From Macrostomum hystrix (taxonomy: Eukaryota; Animalia; Platyhelminthes), in NCBI GenBank assembly GCA_950097015.1, contig CATNEN010000038.1, positions 7,936,001 through 8,000,000 on the forward strand: DNA of 64,000 nt, written 5' to 3'. The notes under the pieces are model-generated. The model ran no database searches and was not told the DNA's origin. It saw only the letters and a program-made list of their open reading frames with translations. This document shows positions 1-13,626 of the stretch, one piece after another; position 1 is the first letter of the stretch; every line of letters starts with the position of its first letter. Made by a program: the position numbers and the translations under genes.

Positions 1-96
1 ACTTCCCTGTACTTCCCAGCTGAGGAATCCGCATGGAGAGCTCGGGGAGGGAAGGCATTTGAGTTGGGACGAAAACGAGCAGACTTGGGAGGATTT

Positions 97-331
97 GGGC
101 GGGGCTGTGGACATGAGATGAGGGGAAAAATCGATAAACAACGGGTCCACACAGCAGCGGTGAGCTGGGAGCAGCTCAGGTGCCGACAAGTCACCTGAGC
201 CAATGGGATCAAAAGCGCGCACAGCAGCTGTGCGGACTATAAAATGAGACGCTTTTGCGTGTTACATGGTTGAGTTATTTTTGAGCAGTGCTCCTACTTA
301 GAAAACCAGCAAACAACCAAGTTTGGTAAGT
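97..331 (+). promoter_or_regulatory. Pol II core promoter and first 5' UTR donor of the PLAC8-like gene
   Basis: GGGCGGGG at 97-104, CCAAT at 200-204, TATAAAA at 238-244, GTAAGT donor at 326. The matching acceptor CTCAG ends at 501, 8 nt before the ATG. Confidence 0.6.
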
Positions 332-508
332 CAGTCAAACGGTTCCTAGAAAGTGCAGATTTCTTAGAAAAGTGTTCCACTTCCTAGTTCTAGCTTTTTT
401 ATTCAAGAAATTCTGTTCGCTCTCACTGTGCCATGGGGGATGCGCAGCAAGCTCCCAAGCCTTCTCAAATTAATTTAGCCTCGCCGCGGATTCGAACTCA
501 GGTACTAG

Positions 509-934
509 ATGCAGTCGCAGTCAATTCACCCGGTGGTGGCGCAGCCTCAGCCCTACCCAATGTACCCGGCAGCCACCGTGGTCATCGGCCAGCCGGTCCG
601 GCCGCAGCAGCGCCAGTGGAACTCCGGCCTCTGCGCCTGTTGCGACGATGTCGGCGGCTGCTTCCTTACCTACTTCTGCGGACCCTGCGAGCTCTGCTGC
701 TGCGTCTCCGAGCGCATGGGCGAGCAGTGCTGCACCCCCATCTGCCTCGGCTGTCTCGGCAGCTCCGTGCCGCTCATCGCCTACCGGGTCAAACTGAGGG
801 CCAGGCACAATATCCAGGGCAGCATCCTTGACGACTGCTGCAGTACCATCTGCTGCGCCTCCTGCGTCCAGTGCCAGCTCAAAAGGGAGCTCAGCTACAT
901 CGAAAACCAGCTGGGATACAAGCCCGCCTTCTGA
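509..934 (+). CDS. PLAC8/cornifelin-family cysteine-rich protein, 141 aa, single coding exon
   Basis: W-x-SGLCACCDD, FCGPC and R-x-R-HNIQGSILDDCC...CC..C..CQL.RE motifs typical of the PLAC8 family. Confidence 0.9.
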   Translation: MQSQSIHPVVAQPQPYPMYPAATVVIGQPVRPQQRQWNSGLCACCDDVGGCFLTYFCGPCELCCCVSERMGEQCCTPICLGCLGSSVPLIAYRVKLRARHNIQGSILDDCCSTICCASCVQCQLKRELSYIENQLGYKPAF

Positions 935-944
935 GCTGGGATCT

Positions 945-2940
945 AGACTGTCGAATGGTATCAGGATGAACGGTAGAATGGGATCAGGATTAAGGGTAGA
1001 ACGGGATCAGGTTAGAATGGTAGAATGGGATCAGGTTAGAATGATTGAATGGGATCAGGTTAAAAAGGTAAAATGGAATAGGATGAATATTAGAATGGGA
1101 TCAGGATGAATAGTAGAATGGGATCAGGATGAATAGTAGAATGGGATCAGGATGAATAGTAGAATGGGATCAGGATGAATAGTAGAATGGGATCAGGATG
1201 AATAGTAGAATGAGATCAGGATGAATAGTAGAATGGGATCAGGATGAATAGTAGAATGGGATCAGGATGAATAGTAGAATGGGATCAGGATGAATAGTAG
1301 AATAGGATCAGGATAAATAGTAGAATGGGATCAGGATGAATAGTAGAATGGGATCAGGATGAATAGTAGAATGGGATCAGGATGAATAGTAGAATGGGAT
1401 CAGTTTAGAATGGTAGAATGGGATCAGGATGAATATTAGAATGGGATCAGGATGAATAGTAGAATGGGATCAGGATGAATAGTAGAATGGGATCAGGATG
1501 AATAGTAGAATGGGATCAGGATGAATAGTAGAATGGGATCAGGATGAATAGTAGAATGGGATCAGGATGAATAGTAGAATGGGATCAGGATGAATAGTAG
1601 AATGGGATCAGAATAGATAGTAGAATGGGATCAGGATGAATAGTAGAATGGGATCAGGATGAATAGTAGAATGGGATCAGGATGAATAGTAGAATGGGAT
1701 CAGGATGGTAGAATGGGATCAGGATGAATAGTAGAATGGGATCAGGATGGTAGAATGGGATCAGGATGAATAGTAGAATGGGATCAGGATGAATAGTAGA
1801 ATGAGATCAGGATGAATAGTAGAATGGGATCAGGATGAATAGTAGAATGGGATCAGGATGAATAGTAGAATGGGATCAGGATGAATAGTAGAATGGGATC
1901 AGGATGAATAGTAGAATGGGATCAGGATGAATAGTAGAATGGGATCAGGATGAATAGTAGAATGGGATCAGGATGAATATTAGAATGGGATCAGGATGAA
2001 TAGTAGAATGGGATCAGGATGAATAGTAGAATGGGATCAGGATGAATAGTAGAATGGGATCAGGATGAATATTAAAATGGGATCAGGATGAATATTAGAA
2101 TGAGATCAGGATGAATAGTAGAATGGGATCAGGATGAATATTAAAATGGGATCAGGATGAATATTAAAATGGGATCAGGATGAATATTAGAATGAGATCA
2201 GGATGAATAGTAGAATGGGATCAGGATGAATAGTAGAATGGGATCAGGATGAATAGTAGAATGGGATCAGGATGAATAGTAGAATGGGATCAGAATAGAT
2301 AGTAGAATGGGATCAGGATGAATAGTAGAATGGGATCAGGATGAATAGTAGAATGGGATCAGGATGAATAGTAGAATGGGATCAGGATGAATAGTAGAAT
2401 GGGATCAGGATGAATAGTAGAATGGGATCAGGATGAATAGTAGAATGGGATCAGAATAGATAGTAGAATGGGATCAGGATGAATAGTAGAATGGGATCAG
2501 GATGAATAGTAGAATGGGATCAGGATGAATAGTAGAATGGGATCAGGATGAATAGTAGAATGGGATCAGGATGAATATTAAAATGGGATCAGGATGAATA
2601 TTAGAATGAGATCAGGATGAATAGTAGAATGGGATCAGGATGAATAGTAGAATGGGATCAGGATGAATAGTAGAATGGGATCAGGATGAATATTAAAATG
2701 GGATCAGGATGAATATTAAAATGGGATCAGGATGAATAGTAGAATGGGATCAGGATGAATATTAAAATGGGATCAGGATGAATATTAAAATGGGATCAGG
2801 ATGAATATTAAAATGGGATCAGGATGAATATTAGAATGAGATCAGGATGAATAGTAGAATGGGATCAGGATGAATAGTAGAATGGGATCAGTTTAGAATG
2901 GTAGAATGGGATGAGGTTAGAATGGTAGAATAAGATCAGG
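945..2940. repeat. Minisatellite, 23-bp unit GAATGGGATCAGGATGAATAGTA, about 85 copies
   Basis: Direct tandem periodicity, starting about 10 nt after the PLAC8 stop. Confidence 0.97.
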
Positions 2941-3249
2941 TATCCAATTTTGATACAGCGCACAATGGCCTAATTCTGTTGCGATGAAACTACTATTTTC
3001 CTTTTTCATGTTGTGTCTCGATTTCTTGAGAGTTACTAGTGAATTGATATATTTGCTTTTACATGTGCTATGCAGAATAGCTACGAAATATCCCAGATGA
3101 TTAATTCTTATATTTATTCACAGCATATAACCGTTTTTTGACATCCTAGCCAATCAACTCAAATATGACAGTATCGGTTAAATAAAACAATTTTACTCAG
3201 ATAATGTAAGGCTGTCAATTCAATATTTACAGTGCAAGTAAAAGGTAAG

Positions 3250-3660
3250 TGGGTGGGATGGGGATTAGGGACTGGAATGTGGGTTAGGGAATGGAATGTG
3301 GAGTAGGAACTGGAATAAGGGTTACGGAGTAGAATTTTGGTTAGGGAGTGGAATGTGGAGTAGGGAGTGGAATGGGGAGTAGAATGTGGAGTAGGAACTG
3401 GAATGTGGGTTAGGGAGTGGAATATGGAGTAGGGAGTGAAATGGGGAGTAGTGAGTGGAATGTGGGTTAGGGAGTGGAACGTGGAGTAGGGAGTGGAATG
3501 GGAAGTAGAATGTGGAGTAGGAACTGGAATGTGGGTTAGGGAGTGGAATGTGGAGTAGGGAGTGAAATGTGGAGTAGGGAGTGGAATGTGGAGTAGGGAG
3601 TGAAATGGGGAGTAGGGATTGGAATGTGGAGTAGGGACTGGAATGTGGAGTAGGGAGTGG
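3250..3660. repeat. Degenerate G-rich array (GGAATGTGGAGTAGGGAGT-like)
   Basis: Tandem periodicity. Confidence 0.9.
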
Positions 3661-4609
3661 GATGAATGATTCCTGCACACCGTGTCGGCATGTTGAAATC
3701 CATTGTCAATTGACTAATTTAAAAAAAATGCGTCATAAATTTTAGTGAGCGGACACGGTGGGGTCTAAGGAACGAAGCCTCTACTTACCAAAATTTTCAA
3801 AGTCATTAAAAATGCTAGTCCAGGTAAACAATTTCAATTAATTTTTGTTTGTGGGTCGTGTCGGTGCACGGAAGGATGTTTCTGCCAGACAGGCGCGGCT
3901 AAGGTTAAAAAGCATTTTATGTCTGACGCAACGAGCGAGCGATCGATGGACGCGTAATCGGACTGTTTCGTCATTTTATGAAGCTCCGAGGGCTGAACAT
4001 CATTGCTGAGCCTCAATTCCACAACGCTAACTTGACCTCATTTTATTTTAATACGATTTACAATTTTCGGAATCAGAGGCCTAACCATGGCCTTCCCGGG
4101 TGGAATGGTGAAGATTTCTTTCTGTTTTACGAACTTCTTTACAAACCATTTCTTTAAAAGCTGTTTCCTAACAAACGAATTGACTAAAAAATTTGGTCCA
4201 GTTTACTGGAAGCTTTATTTAGCAAAAAAGATTTACGAGTATATTATCTTAAATTTTCTTCGCGTCATAGAAGGAACTACAAACGTGGATTTTGGTTGGA
4301 AAATTTAGAATAAATTGCATATGCAGCAGCTAGGTATTTCAATTGTGCAATCGAAAAGTAAATCTAATACACGATTTGCGCCTGTAAATCAATACTGTAC
4401 ATTTAGAGGAAGTTAAATTTGATGGGCAAGTAATCAACTTTCTTAGAAGAGGAAAGATGAAACACCAAGTAATAACTTTAGATTATCAAATTTGGAATAC
4501 CATTTCGCCTGGATCCGCGAAATTCGACATAAGATAACCTTTGCGTAATAAGAAAACTGACCAATTTTTAGCAGCTAATGAATTCGCAAGGCGATGGTTG
4601 CGTGGAAAT

Positions 4610-4790
4610 GTGCTATTTTTAGCAGCAAAGAACTTTTCCACGCAATACTAACGTGATAAGTGTGCTATTTTTAGCAGCAAAGGATATTTTCCACGCAATA
4701 CTAGCGTGATAAGTGTGCTATTTTTAGCAGCAAAGGACATTTTCCACGCAATACTAGCGTGGTAAGTGTACTATTATTAGCAGCAAGGAC
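4610..4790. repeat. About 56-bp unit x3 (GTGCTATTTTTAGCAGCAAAG...)
   Basis: Tandem periodicity. Confidence 0.85.
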
Positions 4791-5288
4791 ATCCAGACTA
4801 TAAATTGACGATAAGATAAAGAAGCAGCCATTGATGCACATAAATAGGGCTTATTCGGCTTGAGGTTAGCTAACAGAGCATGTCGACAAGTTTTGTAAGT
4901 GGAAAAATAGCTGAAATTTTAATATAATAAAAATTATAAGTTGAAAGTTAAAAGTACTCATAACGTTGCTCATCTCACGACTATAAAATTTGTTGACGAA
5001 AAATTTCAAGGAATATCAGAGACTGTCACCAAAACTGTTCAGAAAATCACTTTTCTACAAGTGTGACATCAAGTAGTTAAAAAAATATTTCTGGGGGCCG
5101 ATACAAGGAAAACCAAGTCGTACAGTATTTTGGCCACAATAGGCAAAATGATTATCTTGGTAACTCGGACAGATCGAGCTATAATAAACCATTCTTCCAC
5201 ATACTTCTTAGATAAAGAAGCAGGAATTTCACAGGTATTGCCGCCCTACAAGAATGACACCTGGCCAGGGTTTCGCAGACAGTCAGGA

Positions 5289-8200
5289 TCATCGGGGCGC
5301 CACTAGGCGAGATTTCTCACCCTCTTTCTGCTTGGGGTTGCGGCATTTGCGCACCTGCCGGAATAGAAGCAGGCCGCAGACGGGCACAACGCAGAGGCCG
5401 CACACAATGGCCATGACTATGGCCGTTATGAGCAGAATCTGGTCATTGCGGTCAGGCTGGAAGTAGGCGCAGTCCCAGGCCGAGGCCGAGTACACGGTGC
5501 CCGGGTAGTTAAGAGGGCCGCTCAGGTTTGAAGCCGGCACAGCCGAGGTGAAAGTGTTGCAGGTGGACTTCGAGAATCCGAGCCGGCGATTGGCTCGGTC
5601 GAAGATTACGTAATAGCCCTCCATGAAAACGGCGCCTGTGGTGGAGGGGGCGTTAAGCTAGTTTTTGAGGGGAGCACGGCATTTGATTTCTGACACTTGA
5701 CAATACAATGATTGTTGCCATTTCGCTCGTTTGGGTAAGGGTTAGGGTTAGGGTAAGGGTTAGGGTTAGGGTAAAGGCCTGTTAAGATTGCTTGAAGGCA
5801 AATGTCGTTGAACCTTCTCTAGTAGTTTGAGCCGTAAATTAAGCGTTTAAAATGAATTTTCTGGAAGGTATTACAGAAGGTCTTGACTACCAGAAAAGGC
5901 CAGCAAACTCACCCAGAATGGCGCCCTTGCTGGAGCTCTGCAGGCCGAACTTGAAGCAGTCCTTGCCGGGAATGTCAAACACCTCGCCAACGTAGCGCAA
6001 GTACTGCTGCGGACTCAGGTTGAGGTCGATGTACTGCCGGTCTGAGTACAGCAGGCTGAAGGTGATGACTGGGAAGCGCTCCCAAGGCCCGGTCTTTTCC
6101 GGCAGGCACAGAAGTGTCTCGCCGCGGTAGAACCGATCGCCGACTCCGGCGACTTGGCCGGAGAGCCGGCTAGCGATGTTGGAGAATACTCGCTTCGGCA
6201 AGCGAATGTCTGTGGTGCCCGAATCCACGATGGTCTTGTCGAAATTGTACTCCTTGCAGTCCATGCCGAGTGTGACACCATTCAGCTTGATGTCCACTAT
6301 TACTACCTCGTAGTACCTGCCCAGAAGAATAGATTTAATAAAAAATGTGTTAGATCAGGGGACTTAATCGCATTTAGCTCGATTGCAAAACATAGAGCAT
6401 AAATTATACAGATCAAAAGTCCCACTGGAATTTAGATTTAACAACGTTTCCTACCCTACCCTATCTACATTTCTTTGATTTCCTACCCGTCTCTGATGAA
6501 ATTCATCTCGCTAGAATGTACACAAAGTAACAAAACATTTTTCCTACCCCACAAAGATTCAGCTCACGCTAGAATGTACACTCAACCGCTCAATTTTCCT
6601 ACCCCACATAAATTCAGCTATCGCTAGAATGTACACTCAACAGATTAATTTCCCTACCCAACATAGATACATTCAGCTATCGCTAGAATGTACACTCAAC
6701 ATATTAATTTTCCTACCCCACATAGATACAATCAGCTATCGCTAGAATGTACACTCAACATATTAATTTTCCTACCCCACATAGATACAATCAGCTATCG
6801 CTAGAATGTACACTCAACAGATTAATTTCCCTACCCAACATAGATACAATCAGCTCACGCTAGAATGTACACTCAACAGATTAATTTCCCTACCCAACAT
6901 AGATACAATCAGCTCACGCTAGAATGTACACTCAACAGATTAATTTCCCTACCCAACATAGATACAATCAGCTCACGCTAGAATGTACACTCAACAGATT
7001 AATTTCCCTACCCAACATAGATACATTCAGCTATCGCTAGAATGTACACTCAACATATTAATTTCCCTACCCAACATAGATACAATCAGCTCACGCTAGA
7101 ATGTACACTCAACAGAGTTTCCTACCCAGCATAGATTCAATCATCCCTTAACCCATATAAAGACGGCACACTCAAAACCGCTGGAAAAACTGACCACTCC
7201 TTGCGGATCGGCACATAGACCAAAGGTCCGCCCATCAGTTTGGGATCGGCTCCGCCAAGTGTAAGCGAACCGTCCATGGCTTTGGCTGTTGCGGCAGACC
7301 TAGTTGTGCCGCACAACTGTAGCGAGAAAATATCAGTCAGGCCCCATTGTTCAACCAGACTGTCGAAGAAGGTGCGTATTCGAGGATGCGGGCTGGCGAT
7401 GTGGCTGTAGGCCATGCCGAGGATGCCCTGCCAATCGGCTGTGCTGATAAAGAACTCGCTACTGGTGTCGATAACAGCAATGTAGGGTCGCACGGTTCGG
7501 TTGGGATAGAATGACATGCGAACCAGGTCGGTTGCCAGGTGACCATTCCAGCGGCCCTGAGTGTAGGGCACGTACACTGTCTGGCCCTGCCAGGAGATGC
7601 TGGACGATCTTTCAGGGTGAAAATACCGCTTGATGTCGCTGTGTGGCTTGCCGGCTACGGCAAAGTTACTGCTGCCAGTGTCAATCAGGATGTTGAACTG
7701 CGGGTGCGAGGCCGGGTGAGGTCACGATGTATAATGAGCTCTCAAGCCGCAATGTAATGTATTGTCCAGTCATGTGATTTAGTGGGCAACTGGGACATGC
7801 AACGAGCCCCAGAGTAGCTTGACAGTCTTGAGACATTCAAACCATTCAAAATTTAAATTACCTAGCGGTGTGCGATCGGACGAGAATTACATCATGCGAT
7901 GAGAGATTAAATCTATATATATAAAAGTGAAAACTCTGTCTGTGTGTGTGCAACCTTTTGTCTTTATAGACGCCGAAACCGCTCAACCAAATCGCACCAA
8001 ACTTTGCACATACCTAAAACCACCTACGCTGAGTGCAATAGGCTACTCAAATTCCCGAAAAATCATTTCCTTCCTGCTCAAAAGTGCAAAAAACTGCTCA
8101 AAAATCGTCAAAAAATCACTCAATTCAACATATCGTCGCCCCACTTTGTCAGATTTTCTCCAAATTTGATCCACTTACACTTTACATGTTTTCCAACAAT

Positions 8201-10426
8201 GCTGTCAATTTTGAACATCTCTACTCAATCCAGAGCAAAGCTGCATCATCTCAAAGTGAGTCACTTTTTGTTTTCCGAGGACAGCCACCCCAACTCCCCT
8301 CCGCCACTCTGCGGGCCAAATTTTATTACAGCCACCCCCTCCCTTCCCCGGGCGCCGAAGCCCCAGACTGTACATTGTATTTCAAGCCGTGAATGTACAC
8401 AGCCCAAACCCCTAGACTGTCTACTGGCCCCCAAGCAGCACTGAGAGTGAGTGCGGTGAGTGCGGTGGCGCCGGTGGCGTCCCAGTGCGCAGGGCTCTCC
8501 GGTCGATATTTCTCTCCAGCCAGCCTGGGATAGAAGAAAGAGAGAGGCCGCTCAAAGGCCACAGGACACTTACACAGGACTCTTACTGCTTTCTTCAAGT
8601 TGTGCGCTGAAGACCCCTTTGCCAGGACTTTGCTGTACCACCAGGTGCCTGCCTATTACACATGGAACGCCTCTTCGAAAGGATGGAAGCGGCGGGTTCA
8701 AGGCGCTGCAGTTCCTGGCCATCCTGAAATACGACAGACTGATGCATTAGCCAGAGTGTACACGGTGCACCCAAACCACCGTGAATGCTACTACCTGAGT
8801 ATATTGCTACACACCGTGATTGGTCCGACGTCATTTAGACACATTAGAACGGTGGAAGGCCATACCTGCCAAACTTTTCATGAAGCATGTCAGCGACTGG
8901 GACTGCTGGAAGATGATGCTCAATGGAGAGCGACATTGGAGGAAGCGGCAACGGTGCGCTCACCAAGTCACCTGCGAGATCTCTTTGCCATCATGGTTGC
9001 CACCTGTGGTCTCTCTGATCCACTTCAGCTTTGGGAAACATTCAAAGAACCCATGGCCGAAGACATTCTCTTCCGGGCGCGATTCGTGGCTCAGGAGCCA
9101 GAGTTGCCATTCACAGAAGCAGTGTTTAACGAGGCCCTGCTGCGCATTGAGGACAAGGTGCTGGAGTTGACCGATCGCTATCTAGATTCTTTTGGACTCC
9201 CAAAAGCAAACAGGACAGGACAACAGGACAACCTGTGCAGGGAGATGCTGCGAGAAAGAGGCTATGACCAGGAGCAGCTGGGACAGTTCATAGAGGAGAA
9301 TGAGCCCCGACTCATGCCTGAGCAGCTAGAGGCGTACCGCGAGCTATTGCGCAGAGCCAGTCGCAGCACTGGCGCCCCTTTTCGGCCGCTGGCGCCCCTT
9401 TTTCAGCCGCTGGCTCCCGTTTTTCAGCCGCTGGCGCCCTTTCTTGGCTCCTGGCGCCCTTTTTCGGCCGCTGGCACCCCCTCTGTGATTCTCATGGCGC
9501 TCCCCTGACAGACCGCCCCAAAACAAAATTCCTGGATCTGCCACTGACTGTATAGAGGAGTGGCTAAGAGACATGTTTCTAAAGAAGTAATCAAGAGGGG
9601 GCTGTTTGGACAAACTTTTCACTTATTTTTTACTTAAAACGCCCTTAAACAAACTCTTCACTTTTCATTAATGCAGTAAATAAATAAATGGTGACCTTCA
9701 CTATAAAGTTAATACAGAGACGTGAATTGCTTACTGCTTTGCTTTACATTTCTGCCCCAAAAATAACGGGCAAAAAAAGCTAGTAGACTATGAATTTAGA
9801 GACTAATTAATTATTGCATTGACATACTAAAAGCTCGTTCATACTGCTGCTTCGTATTAGATAACTCGTTTTTGTGTGGCAGTGGGTCATACTGTGAGTG
9901 GCAGTGGGTCATACTGTGAGTGGCAGTGGGTCATACTGTGAGTGGCAGTGGGTCATAATGTGAGTGGTAGTGAGTCATACTGTGAGTGGCAGTGGGTCAT
10001 ACGGTGAGCGGAAGTGGGTCATACGGTGAGCGGAAGTGGGTCATACGGTGAGCGGAAGTGGGTCATGCTGTCCGTGGAATATACTCAATGGTGTAGAATG
10101 GATAATACTCAGTGCAGCGCCACGCCACAATGAGAGCTCGGACTCACAAACTGTGGCGGAGTGCCGATGCCCATCTCCAGGCAATAGCCCTGGCCTGGCG
10201 AGCCCTTCAGGTTGCGCTCGCTGGTCTCGAATGGCACAAATGATCGCTTGGCCAGCTCCTCGTATCCGGCCAAGGACTGGCCGCCGGGAATCAGGTAGCG
10301 CAGGTTTCTGAGGCCGACTGTCACTGTTTCAGCTTGTTGGTTGGCCGCAGCTAGCGCGGCGCACTGCAGAGCGCAGCTGATCGCCAAGCGCAAAGTGAGC
10401 GCCAGCCATGCGGCTGATGGCAGCAT
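5289..10426 (-). CDS. BACE1: Beta-secretase (BACE-type membrane aspartic protease), 510 aa; exons 10426-10148, 7697-7195, 6316-5913, 5635-5289
   Basis: Signal peptide, GxxGQGY, TPPQF|FNILIDTGSSNFAVA, VPYTQGRW, WQGILGMAY, W|YYEV, KEYNFDKTIVDSGTT, MEGYYVIFDRANRRLGF and a C-terminal TM. All introns are GT-AG and the CDS totals 1533 nt, in frame. Confidence 0.93.
5733..5772 (+). repeat. Short interstitial telomere-like tract (TTAGGG/TAAGGG) in BACE intron 3
   Basis: GGGTAAGGGTTAGGGTTAGGGTAAGGGTTAGGGTTAGGG. Confidence 0.75.
6440..7135. repeat. About 60-bp unit array (CCTACCC...GCTAGAATGTACACTCAAC) in BACE intron 2
   Basis: About 11 tandem copies. Confidence 0.93.
7912..9783 (+). mobile_element. 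Internally deleted Helitron with a RepHel fragment (about 8590-9355) in BACE intron 1
   Basis: Starts with TC after A7911, ends with CTAG (9780-9783) before T, and has a subterminal hairpin TGCCC..GGGCA (9753-9772). The ORF carries LLY..VP.YYTW, R.YTVHP...ECYYL..LL..V.GPTSF..IRTV.G, ACQRLGLLEDDAQW...LEEA and LR.LFA, i.e. the Rep-helicase linker region. Confidence 0.9.
9875..10065. repeat. 22-bp unit GTGGCAGTGGGTCATACTGTGA
   Basis: Tandem periodicity. Confidence 0.9.
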
Positions 10427-11414
10427 CAAGCAGCCTGTCGCTGTCTCTAAACAGCTGCTGAACTAAAGCTAATAATCTGTTGCGACGTTGCAGAATTTCT
10501 TAAAACCTTTTTCTAAGATTGATGGATGATTTCTCAATCAAATTACTTAGTTGCAGAATATGAAAAGTTTTTCTGTGAGCCGGGAAGATTGCTGATGTGC
10601 TCACTTTAGAAAAAGAACAAGCATTTTTTCAATCTAAAGCGATTCACTTGACTGCACAATGTTCAGCAGGGGGGGGCAGAGAGAGATTGTGGCTTCAGCG
10701 AGAATATAAGAGAAACAGCTGGCCATTGTGTGCGATCAACTTTAGTAAATGGTTTGACTTCAACCAAAATGTCTTCCTCCTGTTCCGTTCTTGACTGAAG
10801 CATTCGCCGATTAGACAGTACAGTGAGTCAACTGAAGTGAATGGACAGTCAAGTGAATGGACGGGAGGGGGGTTTATGATTTGTTAAAAAAAGTTCGTGA
10901 CTAGCGAGTGGGCTATAAAGAGGGGAGGGTTTAAAGTGATAAAACCCCTCGGCCGCCAACCCCACGCGGGCGAGGGGGTAGAAAGTGAACACAAACAGCG
11001 AACCCAACGCGCCAGCCACCTCCGCAGAAAATCGATTTTCTTTATGTAACACTGCGCGCAATAATTGGAATATGGCACGATTGGAGAAATGCGGTCCAAT
11101 GTTTGAAGGATAAGACAATTAAACTTGCCCCTTGTCTGATCTCCCCAGTCCCGAAAAGCGTCAAGAGTTCATTCTTTTCGTTCCCTCCTCTATTTTGGGT
11201 CAATGATTGTTCTTACTGACTCTGAGCGACGCATTTTGAATGAGTAAGGCTTCCCAAACAAAAGCACCCACCTACGCACTCTTAGCCTTAGCACTATTCA
11301 ATGTAGCGTGGCAATGTCTTAGCAATGAGAGCCTTAACTCTATTCGAGCAAAAAGAGCAGCGCAAACTCAATAGCACATGACCAGCATATTTAGGAAACA
11401 ATTAATAGCCGGAG

Positions 11415-12770
11415 GCTGGGGATAACGGAGGATGGGGAAAGCGAACGATGGGGAAAGCGAACGATGGGGAAAGCGAACGATGGGGAAAGCGGAGGGTGGG
11501 GATAGTGGAGGATGGGGAAAGCGGAGGATGGGGAAAGCGGAGGGTAGGGATAGCGGAGAATGGGGAAAGTGGAGGGTGGGGATAGTGGAGGATGGGGAAA
11601 GCGGAGGGTGGGGAAAGCGGAGGGTGGGGATAACGGAGGATGGGGAAAGCGGAGGATGGGGAAAGCGGACGGGGATAGCGGAGGGTGGGGATAACGGAGG
11701 ATGGGGAAAGCGGAGGATGGGGAAAGCGGACGGGGAAAGCGGAGGATGGGGAAAGCGGAGGGTGGGGAAAGCGGAGGGTGGGGAAAGCGGAGGATGGGGA
11801 AAGCGGAGGATGGGGAAAGCGGAGAATGGGGAAAGCGGAGGATGGGGAAAGTGGAGGATAGGGAAAGCGGAGGGTGGGGAAAGCGGACGGGGAAAGCGGA
11901 GGATGGGGAAAGCGGACGGGGAAAGCGGAGGATGGGGAAAGCGGAGGGTGGGGAAAGCGGAGGATGGGGAAAGCGGAGAATGGGGAAAGCGGAGGATGGG
12001 GAAAGTGGAGGATAGGGAAAGCGGAGGGTGGGGAAAGCGGAGAATGGGGAAAGCGGAGGATGGGGAAAGCGGAGGATGGGGAAAGCGGAGGATGGGGAAA
12101 GTGGAAGATGGGGAAAGCGGAGGGTGGGGATAGTGGAAGATGGGGAAAGCGGAGGATGGGGAAAGCGGAGGATGGGGAAAGCGGAGGATGGGGAAAGCGG
12201 AGGGTGGGGAAAGCGGAGAATGGGGAAAGCGGAGGGTGGGGATAGCGGAGAATGGGGAAAGCGGAGGGTGGGGATAGTGGAAGATGGGGAAAGCGGAGGA
12301 TGGGGAAAGCGGAGGATGGGGAAAGTGGAGGATGGGGAAAGTGGAGGGTGGGGAAAGCGGAGGATGGGGAAAGCGGAGGATGGGGAAAGTGGAAGATGGG
12401 GAAAGCGGAGGATGGGGAAAGCGGAGGGTGGGGAAAGCGGAGAATGAGGAAAGCGGAGGGTGGGGATAGTGGAAGATGGGGAAAGCGGAGGATGGGGAAA
12501 GCGGAGGATGGGGAAAGTGGAGGATGGGGAAAGCGGAGGATGGGGAAAGCGGAGGGTGGGGAAAGCGGAGAATGGGGAAAGCGGAGGGTGGGGATAGTGG
12601 AAGATGGGGAAAGCGGAGGATGGGGAAAGCGGAGGATGGGGAAAGTGGAGGATGGGGAAAGCGGAGGGTGGGGAAAGCAGAGGATGGGGAAAGCGGAGGA
12701 TGGGGAAAGTGGAGGATGGGGAAAGCGGAGGATGGGGAAAGCGGACGGGGATAGCGGAGGGTGGGGGTAG
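11415..12770. repeat. 16-bp G-rich unit GGAGGATGGGGAAAGC, about 85 copies
   Basis: Tandem periodicity. Confidence 0.96.
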
Positions 12771-13309
12771 CGAATAGGGAGGACGGGAAATCGGGGGATC
12801 GGGACTGGGGAGAAGAGGGGAAAGCGGAAGATGGGTAAGGGATGTGGAGAAAGATGATTTTACAAAGAAATTTCAAGAAGCACTATTTTAGGAAGCACGA
12901 GTCGCTTAGGAAGTGCACTTTTCAGTTCTCGTGCTTGAGAAATGCAGAGGAATGCCTAGCAAAGTAGTTTGGCTCTCCCAATTCAAACAATGTATTTACA
13001 GAATGAATTTTACGAGCTAACTAGAAAGTCAGATGATAATTATTAGCAAATGCAAAACAGCAAATGAAGGCAGAGTTAACAATAAAACACATAGTCTGAG
13101 ATGCTTGCTTACGTATATAAGACGATAGAAGAAAGGAAATCGTTTTCGGAATCGTTTTCATAACTAAGAGTTACTTAACAATCTACCAAGAAATGAAATT
13201 AAACAAAAATTCTTCAAACAAAAATCACAAAAATTTACAGTGAAAGCAAAGTAGCTTTTCATTTTCTCTCGGAAAGGAGCAGGGGAGCAGAAAAAGAATA
13301 GAGTACAGG

Positions 13310-13595
13310 ACGGGAAGAGGGGAGCAGGAAGGTAAGAGGGGAATAGGGTAGGGAAGAGGGGAATAGGGAAGGGAAGAGGGGAGCAGGAGGGGAAGAGGGA
13401 GGCAGGAAGGGAAGAGGGGAGCAGGAGGGGAAGAGGGAGGCAGGAAGGGAAGAGGGGAGCAGGAGGGGAAGAGGGAGGCAGGAAGGGAAGAGGGGAGCAG
13501 GAGGGGAAGAGGGGAGCAGGAGGGGAAGAGGGGAGCAGGAGGGGAAGAGGGGAGCAGGAGGGGAAGAGGGGAGCAGGAGGGGAAGAGGGGAGCAC
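13310..13595. repeat. Purine array GGGGAAGAGGGGAGCAGGA in the Cab45 3' UTR
   Basis: Tandem periodicity. Confidence 0.9.
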
Positions 13596-13626
13596 GGGCA
13601 ACAGAGGGAAGCAGGTGAGCAGGTGT

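Noticed and set aside
11368-12876. 502 aa Pro-rich ORF and the overlapping G/K-rich ORFs
   Set aside because: Artefacts of a stop-free 16-bp repeat.
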